From positions 1 through 29,679 of the IMG/VR virus record IMGVR_UViG_3300020043_006205: a DNA stretch of 29,679 bases; one strand, given 5' to 3'. The position numbers and the translations under genes were made by a program. This document shows positions 1-6,328 of the stretch, in pieces (position 1 is the first letter of the stretch; each line of letters begins with the position of its first letter). Source of the stretch: a virus. Its lineage: Duplodnaviria; Caudoviricetes. The notes under the pieces were generated by a model. It ran no database searches. It worked only from the letters and a program-made list of their open reading frames with translations, and was not told the origin of the DNA.

Positions 1-44
1 TCGGTAGTAAATACCGAGTCCAAAATAAAAATAATTCATGTTAG

Positions 45-167
45 TTATTGTCTGGGGTTAAGCTGTTTAAATAAAAAGGGGTTAAGCTGTTTAAATAAAA
101 AATCATACGGCAACGAATCCTCTCCAAAGAGCATCATTGATTCTAAAATGATTTGGTGCGTGGTCAT
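45..167 (-). CDS. 40-aa hypothetical peptide (MTTHQIILESMMLFGEDSLPYDFLFKQLNPFLFKQLNPRQ)
   Basis: Manual translation; packed between copies of the start-associated motif; contains an in-frame 24-bp duplication. Confidence 0.4.
   Translation of the reverse strand: MTTHQIILESMMLFGEDSLPYDFLFKQLNPFLFKQLNPRQ
54..101. repeat. Perfect 24-bp tandem duplication GGGGTTAAGCTGTTTAAATAAAAA x2
   Basis: 54-77 is identical to 78-101. Confidence 0.95.
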
Positions 168-169
168 AG

Positions 170-364
170 TTAATTATTGTTTGAGGTTGGCTCGATGATC
201 TCTACGCCCACTAATTCGTGAGCCTCATATCCATTCTCACCAAAGCCGCCTTTCTTTAAAACAGCTTCTAAAGATACTAGATCGCCATCAATCGTATAAA
301 AAGTTTCGCCGCAATACCCGCTAATATCGTCTCTTCGTTTAGCTTTTAAAATGAATCTTAACAT
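170..364 (-). CDS. Small hypothetical phage protein
   Basis: 64-aa ORF in a run of co-oriented small genes. Confidence 0.7.
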   Translation of the reverse strand: MLRFILKAKRRDDISGYCGETFYTIDGDLVSLEAVLKKGGFGENGYEAHELVGVEIIEPTSNNN

Positions 365-398
365 ATTGATAATTTTTGTTATTAAATCGCTTTACTGA

Positions 399-644
399 TT
401 ACCGCCGCGAGATTAATGGCATCCACCACTTGAGAATCTTGCGACCTTCCTTGGCTTTTTTCTCTACGAGTTTTTTAAATTTAGGATCCCACCCCGCATA
501 GTATATTTTGCCGAGAAATTGGTAAGAAACTGCGTAAAGCTCATCATCAAACCCAGCAATCCTTTTGCCAAACAATTTAGCTAAAAACATTTTCCACGCT
601 GGAGCTTTTCTAATCCAATTGGGATCAATTATTTTGTCTGTCAT
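399..644 (-). CDS. Small hypothetical phage protein
   Basis: 81-aa ORF whose ATG follows the repeated AACCTCAAACAATAACTAAC motif. Confidence 0.7.
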   Translation of the reverse strand: MTDKIIDPNWIRKAPAWKMFLAKLFGKRIAGFDDELYAVSYQFLGKIYYAGWDPKFKKLVEKKAKEGRKILKWWMPLISRR

Positions 645-682
645 GTTAGTTATTGTTTGAGGTTGGGCTGCTCAACAATTTG

Positions 683-746
683 TCTCTGCAATTTATTCAT
701 TTTCTCTCTGCAATTCTCTCTGCAATTCTCTGCTTTCTCTCTGCAA
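683..746. repeat. Imperfect array of (TTC)TCTCTGCAA, 5 units
   Basis: Units at 683, 702, 714, 726 and 734. Confidence 0.85.
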
Positions 747-751
747 ATAAT

Positions 752-931
752 CTAGGCAGCTTTCCACGCCTGACTAAGTTCTATATTTTCGTTTGTGACT
801 GTCAGAAAGCGAAAAATGCTATTTCCTACATACCAGCGTAATTGACGACCGCCTCGATTTGTTGCTACAATTTTAACTCTTCTTTTTCCTTTTGGAGTAA
901 AATCTGCATCGCACTGAATTGAAATTTTCAT
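752..931 (-). CDS. 59-aa basic hypothetical protein (MKISIQCDADFTPKGKRRVKIV...), not in the ORF track
   Basis: Manual translation from ATG 931 to TAG 752; A-rich leader; first gene of the leftward run. Confidence 0.6.
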   Translation of the reverse strand: MKISIQCDADFTPKGKRRVKIVATNRGGRQLRWYVGNSIFRFLTVTNENIELSQAWKAA

Positions 932-1341
932 TGTTTGTTTTTTTAAGGTTAAACCGCTTTCCCTCTTATTAAACGGATTCCGTTCTTAATTCGCAACAGA
1001 TATTTTATTTGGCATACGTAAATTTGCCCTTTTTAGTGCATCGCGCACCTTTTTAGCCTACAGCGCCAAGGGTTTAACCGCGACAATTTTTTTATTTTGA
1101 TGAAAAAATCCGTTCACTCTTACAGCCATAAGCTGCGAAGCGTGCGCGAAGCTGAAAATAAGCCTAGTTCGACAAATCCGTTTTTTTGCAACGGAAATAT
1201 CAGAAGCGACATCAAAAACAACACTTTCACCCTTTCCGTTTACATTTGGGGAAAGATGTAAACTGTTTCTATAACACACGCAAAAGAAAAAATCTTGCAA
1301 AGCCTTGGTTGGCGCGGCTCCATCTATAACACTTTTAGAAG

Positions 1342-1370
1342 TTGACTTTTTGGTTTTGCGGAGTTTACTT
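1342..1370 (+). promoter_or_regulatory. Possible sigma70-type promoter for the ncRNA cluster
   Basis: TTGACT at 1342-1347, then a weak -10 (TTTACT/TTACTT) after 16-17 nt. Confidence 0.3.
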
Positions 1371-1466
1371 GAAAGTCCAATGGGGAATCCCGCTCGATCA
1401 ATCCCTTGTAAGGATATTCGCAAGAATGGGATATAGTGCCGAGATTAAAAACCTCGGCGCTTTCAT

Positions 1467-1589
1467 GTCAGGGTGCGCAAAATATCAGACGCAGTAATGC
1501 GGAATATCTGAACGGTAAAGACGGCTCCTGATAGGTCAGCGTTGCTTGAGATAACAAGCTAAATGTGAGTTCGAGCCTCACCCCTGACA
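1467..1589 (+). ncRNA. tRNA-like RNA A (class II-like scaffold, no canonical anticodon loop)
   Basis: Acceptor GTCAGGG/CCCTGAC; D-like arm GCG...AGACGC; T arm GTGAG-TTCGAGC-CTCAC; extended stem GTAATGC/GCGTTGC; variable-arm hairpin CTTG/CAAG. Confidence 0.75.
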
Positions 1590-1608
1590 ACCTCAATTTA
1601 GTTATACT

Positions 1609-1643
1609 ACACTATCACTATTTTAGTGATTTAGTGTTTTTTT
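1609..1643 (+). terminator. AT-rich hairpin plus T run after tRNA-like RNA A
   Basis: ACACTATCACTA / TAGTGATTTAGTGT followed by a T tract. Confidence 0.5.
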
Positions 1644-1741
1644 GTGATTTTTGGGGAACTTTCTCGTGTCCCTCCCCCGCTGTCCCCATCTCGTTTTTTT
1701 AAAGTCAAGATAAATTTTTTGTAAAAACTTATTTTTTCTTG

Positions 1742-1792
1742 TTGACTTCGAAATTGAGCACAATCTAGAGTGGAGAAATCGCAATTAGCGGT
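1742..1792 (+). promoter_or_regulatory. sigma70-type promoter TTGACT-N18-TAGAGT with a 5' hairpin ATCGC...GCGGT
   Basis: Read directly; same architecture as 28825-28886. Confidence 0.6.
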
Positions 1793-1824
1793 TCAATTAT
1801 TTAACAATAAAAACGGGAAATTTT

Positions 1825-2826
1825 ATGACATACCAACCAGCAAAAAGAAAATCAGTAGGATTTTTAGCCGGATTAACAGGAGTACCGGGAAGCGGTAAAA
1901 CTTACACGGCGCTTTTACTTGCCGCTGGACTTGCCGGAGAGAAAGGAAAGGTTGGATTTATCGACACAGAGCAAGGGCGCGGCGAAATGTATTCTGACAG
2001 TCCAAACATTGTTGCAGCTATGCCAGACGGCCTTTATTTTTACAAAAAACTTTTACCCCCTTTCACACCGGAAAAATTCATCGAAGCTATTAACGAAGCC
2101 GTTGATTTTGGAATTACTGCGCTAGTTGTTGATTCTATTTCTTCGGAATGGGAAGGAACGGGCGGTTGCTGCGAAATCGCTGAATCACTGAAGACTGGCT
2201 GGCTAACAGTAAAGCCGCGCCATAAAAAATTTATGCCTAATTTTGCGACCTGCTGCCCAATTCCGATTATTTTTTGTTTGCGCTCCGCTGACAAAAGCGA
2301 CAGGGTTGAAACGATAGATAAAAACGGCAAAAAAGAAGTGGCTTTTGTAAGCCGAGGCGTTCAACCAATCCAAGAAAAAAACTTTATGTTTTTTATGACG
2401 CTTCACCTGGATTTCACAAATAAAAATCCCGGCTATGCGACAGTTGAAAAATGCCCCGAACCGCTTGAGCCTTTATTTTCTGACAAGAAAGCGCGCATCG
2501 GCAAATCAATCGGCGAGAAAATCAGGGAGTGGATTAACGGCGGCGAAAGAATTGACGTTCAACTTGTGAAAATTGAAAGCCAACTAAGAACTGCTGCCGA
2601 CATGGGAACGGCGACACTTGAGAGCAGACACGCGACACTTAAAGAGTTTAATGGCGATCTTCTGAAAAAAATTTGGACTGAAGAATTTGCTCGCGAAATG
2701 AAATCTAACGCAAAGGCCGCTGACAATATCAATGAAATCGAGGTAGAAAAATCATCAGCTACTGAAGAAAGCTCAGAGGCGATAAACGAAGCGCAGAAAA
2801 AACTATTCGGAGAAAAAAATGGCTAG
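1825..2826 (+). CDS. Sak4-like AAA_24 P-loop ATPase (phage recombination/annealing)
   Basis: Walker A GVPGSGKT, FIDTE motif, Walker B VVDSIS and WEGTGG, all typical of this family. Confidence 0.85.
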   Translation: MTYQPAKRKSVGFLAGLTGVPGSGKTYTALLLAAGLAGEKGKVGFIDTEQGRGEMYSDSPNIVAAMPDGLYFYKKLLPPFTPEKFIEAINEAVDFGITALVVDSISSEWEGTGGCCEIAESLKTGWLTVKPRHKKFMPNFATCCPIPIIFCLRSADKSDRVETIDKNGKKEVAFVSRGVQPIQEKNFMFFMTLHLDFTNKNPGYATVEKCPEPLEPLFSDKKARIGKSIGEKIREWINGGERIDVQLVKIESQLRTAADMGTATLESRHATLKEFNGDLLKKIWTEEFAREMKSNAKAADNINEIEVEKSSATEESSEAINEAQKKLFGEKNG

Positions 2827-3054
2827 ATATTTCAAAGTTTGGTTGAAAAACAAAAATCTCAAAAAAATCATGTCTTACTATTCACTCGATCATAATGAGG
2901 GGGGGGGATCGCTCAAGTTTTGTTCGATAAATTGCCCTTCGGAGTAAAAATAGTGAAATATCAAGAAGTCAACGAGAAGCAATTCGAGAGAATGGCGAAA
3001 CGATCAATTTATAAGAACTTGGAGGATGTTTTAAATGAAAATCTTTGTTATTGA
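2819..3054 (+). pseudogene. Approximately 78-aa gene frameshifted at a G9 tract (2899-2907)
   Basis: ATG 2819 overlaps the ATPase stop; the frame stops at 2947, but one extra G joins it to an open frame ending at TGA 3054 that overlaps the next start. Confidence 0.55.
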
Positions 3055-3253
3055 TTTCAAGAATAAGTCTTTTGTTTACCAAGGCTTTCTTGAAGCGAAC
3101 AATAGCGGACAAGTCTTAAATTGGTTTGCAGAAAATTGCCCGGCAAAATCAAAACTGATAAAAATTACAGAAGCTTCCAAAAAGCCGGAAGAAATTCTTC
3201 ATATGAATGAAATTCTGGAAAATCTCGGAAAAGTTGGAGCGACTAAAGATTAG
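3035..3253 (+). CDS. Hypothetical protein
   Basis: 72-aa ORF with GGAGG upstream. Confidence 0.75.
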   Translation: MKIFVIDFKNKSFVYQGFLEANNSGQVLNWFAENCPAKSKLIKITEASKKPEEILHMNEILENLGKVGATKD

Positions 3254-3276
3254 CTCAGAAATCCTTTGAGGGATAA

Positions 3277-3366
3277 GAAAGCCCTATCAGTAGGCTTGAC
3301 TGGCGGGAGAGACGCACAGCGGAAAGTCGCGCGTTGTACCAGACTTGACGGATCGGAGAGACGATA
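3277..3366 (+). ncRNA. Tandem pair of a two-hairpin structured RNA motif
   Basis: GAAAG-stem1-CTTGAC-NN-stem2 with a GAGAGA loop, occurring twice with compensatory changes. Confidence 0.65.
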
Positions 3367-3371
3367 AATTT

Positions 3372-3519
3372 GTCAGGGTGGCGGAATAGGTAGACGCTAT
3401 AGCGAGAGTGTAGTTTAGACAACGGTTCGAAACCGTCCGGTCAGCGAAGTAGCTGAGCAACTGAGGCTCGTGGAGGCAATAATCAAAAACATGCGAGGTG
3501 CAAATCCTCGCCCCTGACG
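3372..3519 (+). ncRNA. tRNA-like RNA B (tRNA-Leu-like 5' end, multi-hairpin insert, TGCAAAT T loop)
   Basis: GTCAGGG-TG-GCGGAATAGGTAGACGC ... GCGAGG-TGCAAAT-CCTCGC-CCCTGAC. Confidence 0.8.
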
Positions 3520-3554
3520 CTTAAAATAATTTTTAACAAAAAACGGAGAGAAAA

Positions 3555-3791
3555 ATGGAATTTTTTAAAATAATCGCAGTGTGTTTTGCCGCTGTGGGGG
3601 CGGTGATATTTTTTGCCATTCTCGGAGGCACACTTTTCTGGCTACTTTACCCCCATATTCATGCTCTTTTTCCTACTGCCGCAGAAAATAACATCATCGC
3701 CGCTAAAATTGGTTGGTGGGATTCGGTTTGCTTGGCTTGGTTAGTTGGAATACTGAAAAAATCAGAAATTAAAGTACCTTCCAAAAAATAA
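3555..3791 (+). CDS. Small membrane protein
   Basis: 78 aa with hydrophobic segments; GGAG RBS. Confidence 0.75.
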   Translation: MEFFKIIAVCFAAVGAVIFFAILGGTLFWLLYPHIHALFPTAAENNIIAAKIGWWDSVCLAWLVGILKKSEIKVPSKK

Positions 3792-3792
3792 A

Positions 3793-4158
3793 ATGACAGA
3801 CTCAGTAATAATAAACATCGAACCAAACACAAAACCTCGAATGACTCGTTCGGATAAATGGAAAAAGAGGCCATGCGTTTTGCAATATCGTGCTTTCTGC
3901 GATGAGCTTCGTTTGAAGGCTGGAAATTTTAAACTGTCGGGGTCGTTCCAGATCGTTTTTTATTTGTCAATGCCAAAAAGTTGGTCGAAAAAAAAACGCG
4001 ATTTAATGCGAGGGCAGCGGCATCAAGAAGTTCCTGATCTCGACAATTTGATTAAGGCGGTTAATGATGCGCTGCTTGAGCAAGACAAAATTATTTTCCA
4101 AATCCAGGCCTCTAAATGGTGGGCTGACGAGGGGCAAATTGTTATTCAAAATTCTTAA
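3793..4158 (+). CDS. rusA: RusA-like Holliday junction resolvase
   Basis: KPRMTRSDKWKKRP, MPKSWSKKK and PDLDNLIKAVNDAL motifs. Confidence 0.9.
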   Translation: MTDSVIINIEPNTKPRMTRSDKWKKRPCVLQYRAFCDELRLKAGNFKLSGSFQIVFYLSMPKSWSKKKRDLMRGQRHQEVPDLDNLIKAVNDALLEQDKIIFQIQASKWWADEGQIVIQNS

Positions 4159-4164
4159 AACCAA

Positions 4165-4239
4165 GCCGGGTTAGCTCAGCGGTAGAGCAACTGTCTTGTA
4201 AACAGTAGGTCGAGGGTTCAAATCCTTCACCCGGCACCA
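4165..4239 (+). tRNA. tRNA-Thr(UGU)
   Basis: Full cloverleaf: GCCGGGT/ACCCGGC acceptor, ACTGT-CTTGTAA-ACAGT anticodon arm, GGTTCAAATCC T arm, encoded CCA. Confidence 0.97.
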
Positions 4240-4250
4240 TATTTAACAAA

Positions 4251-4469
4251 ATGAAAAGAGCATCTAAACTAGACCAAAAAATCGGCGAGAAAATCCGCGC
4301 AAACCGCATTTCGAAAAAAAGAAGTCGAGTTTGGCTTGGAAAGCAAATAGACAGGTCTTATCAGCAAATCCAGAAGTATGAAACGGGAAAAGATCGGATC
4401 GCGGCAAGTTGTCTTGCAAGCATCGCAGAGGCTTTAGAAACTGAAATTAGCCTTTTTTTTCCAGGTTAA
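4251..4469 (+). CDS. XRE-family HTH regulator
   Basis: SYQQIQKYETGKDRI motif. Confidence 0.9.
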   Translation: MKRASKLDQKIGEKIRANRISKKRSRVWLGKQIDRSYQQIQKYETGKDRIAASCLASIAEALETEISLFFPG

Positions 4470-4821
4470 ATCTCTTTGCGCCGAAACACCTGACGGCCCA
4501 AAACATCATTTTCCTCTTCCACTTTGGAACTTGAAGCACTTCCATCGCTTGCAGGAAAAATAAATCGCACTCCTTACGGGGCAAAATTGCGCTGGTGTAA
4601 AGATAATCGTGTACCATCGCCGCCTTGTTGTAAATTCCAATTGGTGGGAAAATAGGGTAAAGCAACCTTGGCGTTGAAGCAAAGTCCGTGATGAAGCCTT
4701 CGGGAATTATCACGTCTTTTTGACCGCCAACTTCGTTGATGTAGTAAAAATGAAACGCGCGCTTTAGAACCCACTTGTCGCCGACTGATTCAACGAGGAG
4801 CTCTTCTGTAAATTTCTGCAT
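4447..4821 (-). CDS. DUF1353-family protein
   Basis: GFITDFASTP, AAMVHDYLY and AVRCFG motifs. Confidence 0.85.
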   Translation of the reverse strand: MQKFTEELLVESVGDKWVLKRAFHFYYINEVGGQKDVIIPEGFITDFASTPRLLYPIFPPIGIYNKAAMVHDYLYTSAILPRKECDLFFLQAMEVLQVPKWKRKMMFWAVRCFGAKRFNLEKKG

Positions 4822-5327
4822 TAAACTTTTTCAATTTTGTTTGTCACAACCCAGTTTCCTTTACTGTCTTTTTTTGCAGAACCGAACGAATTTCGATTGC
4901 TGGCTTCATTAAAGCAAGTCTGAAGGTGAACACAGCCACGCTCAACAAAAACCTTGTCCACGCTTATTTTTGTCGCTTTAATCGCAAGAACTGCTTCGTG
5001 TGGTTCAAGTCCTGCTATATTGAAGTCGCAAGCTAAAAATTGCATATGCCAACTGTTTGGCGCACCATCAACTTCTTTATTTAACTGCGGAGAGCGAAAA
5101 GCGCTTGTAATTTCAATTGGTTTTTTGATCGCATCACGAATTTGTTGCATTTTGTCAGCAAGAACCATTCCAGCGGTCAATTGTGAATAATTTGGAATGT
5201 TGCGAATGTCATTGGTTGAATCAGCATCTTTAAGAGAAGCATCGGCTGTTTTAGATTTTAGAAAATCTTTTGGAGCAAAGTTTTTCCGGCGTAAATTTTC
5301 AATCGTGAGCGTGCAAACGGAAGTCAT
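4821..5327 (-). CDS. Endolysin, peptidase M15A family
   Basis: ITSAFRS...NSWH...ACD...VH zinc-peptidase pattern; lies in the lysis cassette. Confidence 0.85.
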   Translation of the reverse strand: MTSVCTLTIENLRRKNFAPKDFLKSKTADASLKDADSTNDIRNIPNYSQLTAGMVLADKMQQIRDAIKKPIEITSAFRSPQLNKEVDGAPNSWHMQFLACDFNIAGLEPHEAVLAIKATKISVDKVFVERGCVHLQTCFNEASNRNSFGSAKKDSKGNWVVTNKIEKV

Positions 5328-5659
5328 TTTTTAATCCTGTCAAGTTTTAGAAAATCAGCGTAGCATTGGAGCTTTTCTTTTTCGCTCTTTGTCGCAGGGC
5401 AATCGCAAACAAAAGTCGTCTCGTTTACCTTAACAAATTCAAAAAAGTCAGGCGATATTTTGCGAATATCTTTGCGGATTTTATCGCTTCTTTTCAAAGA
5501 AACGTACTTGTCGCAATAGGTGTCAGTTTGCCTAATTTGATTTTTGCCAGAGAAGCTGCAGCCATTCATCGCGAGCAGCCAAATCAGCGCTGCGAACCGG
5601 GCTTTTGATAAGTTTTTGTTGGAAATTTTTGGTTTCAATAACACCATTTTTCTCTTCAA
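5324..5659 (-). CDS. Putative o-spanin lipoprotein
   Basis: Basic then hydrophobic leader ending LLAMNG-C; overlaps the i-spanin 3' end in another frame; true start may be 5647. Confidence 0.65.
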   Translation of the reverse strand: MKRKMVLLKPKISNKNLSKARFAALIWLLAMNGCSFSGKNQIRQTDTYCDKYVSLKRSDKIRKDIRKISPDFFEFVKVNETTFVCDCPATKSEKEKLQCYADFLKLDRIKK

Positions 5660-5783
5660 TTATTTGCTGTTTTTCTTCAATCAAAACTTCGTTTTTAGCG
5701 GATTGTCTTTCGTGACGAAACCAATAAAAAAACGCAGCAGAAATTACAACAATAATTAGAAAAACTTGCCAAACTATTTTCAT
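5532..5783 (-). CDS. Putative i-spanin
   Basis: N-terminal TM segment plus helical domain; overlaps the lipoprotein gene. Confidence 0.65.
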   Translation of the reverse strand: MKIVWQVFLIIVVISAAFFYWFRHERQSAKNEVLIEEKQQIIEEKNGVIETKNFQQKLIKSPVRSADLAARDEWLQLLWQKSN

Positions 5784-5965
5784 TCTGAGAATAGTTTTAC
5801 GAGAAAATTTATCAGAGAAGGGGAGTTGGCGAGGTTCACAGCTACGCCGAAAGCAACCAGCACGAAACCAATGGAAAGCGCGCTAAAAAGCATTTTGGCG
5901 ATTGAAGGCCTTTTATCGAGAAATTCTAAAAGTGATTGATACCACTTGTTACAAACCTGTTTCAT
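5780..5965 (-). CDS. Small membrane protein, possible holin
   Basis: 61 aa with a hydrophobic helix; translationally coupled within the lysis cassette. Confidence 0.5.
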   Translation of the reverse strand: MKQVCNKWYQSLLEFLDKRPSIAKMLFSALSIGFVLVAFGVAVNLANSPSLINFLVKLFSE

Positions 5966-6326
5966 GTTTTGATAATTTTTCTAGTTTATCTAAAATTAAA
6001 TCAAGGCTTCCGGCCTGAGCAACGGAGCGATTTCTTTCGATGTGAAGCAAGGTCTCTTTTATTGTATCTTTAACAACTTTTTCGTTGGCTTCCTTAAAAT
6101 CTTTCGAATGAAAGACTTCAAAAACAATTCGCGAAAATGTTTCTTTTAGAGAAAGAAAGCTAGTTGCATGTTCAATTTTAGATACTCTTTTTTCTAAATC
6201 TTCAACATCTCTCTCACCATTCAAAGCGCGGCTTGAAAGCTTATTTACTAAGCTCATAACCCAAACCGCCCCTGACAGTAAAGTTGCAATTACGCCAAAA
6301 ATTACGGCAAAATTATCAATTTGCAT
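5949..6326 (-). CDS. Membrane-anchored coiled-coil protein (holin/antiholin-like)
   Basis: N-terminal TM segment then heptads; first gene of the lysis cassette. Confidence 0.5.
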   Translation of the reverse strand: MQIDNFAVIFGVIATLLSGAVWVMSLVNKLSSRALNGERDVEDLEKRVSKIEHATSFLSLKETFSRIVFEVFHSKDFKEANEKVVKDTIKETLLHIERNRSVAQAGSLDLILDKLEKLSKHETGL

Positions 6327-6328
6327 AA

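Noticed and set aside
37-746. CRISPR array or integron attC sites
   Set aside because: The repeats are irregularly spaced, non-palindromic and tied to gene starts; no cas or integrase gene is present
653-841. 62-aa plus-strand ORF
   Set aside because: Antisense to ORF 752-931 and to the repeat array
1058-1423. 121-aa minus-strand ORF
   Set aside because: Non-ATG start, no recognisable motif, and it overlaps the candidate promoter and structured RNA
1467-3519. tmRNA, group I intron-containing tRNA or tRNA-Sec as the identity of the tRNA-like RNAs
   Set aside because: No G3-U70 pair or tag ORF, inserts far too short for group I introns, and no UCA anticodon loop
4165-4250. attP/attL at tRNA-Thr, or a theta (HDV-like) ribozyme after it
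   Set aside because: No duplicated tRNA 3' end or integrase in the window, phage genes lie on both sides, and only 11 AT-rich nt separate the tRNA from the next gene
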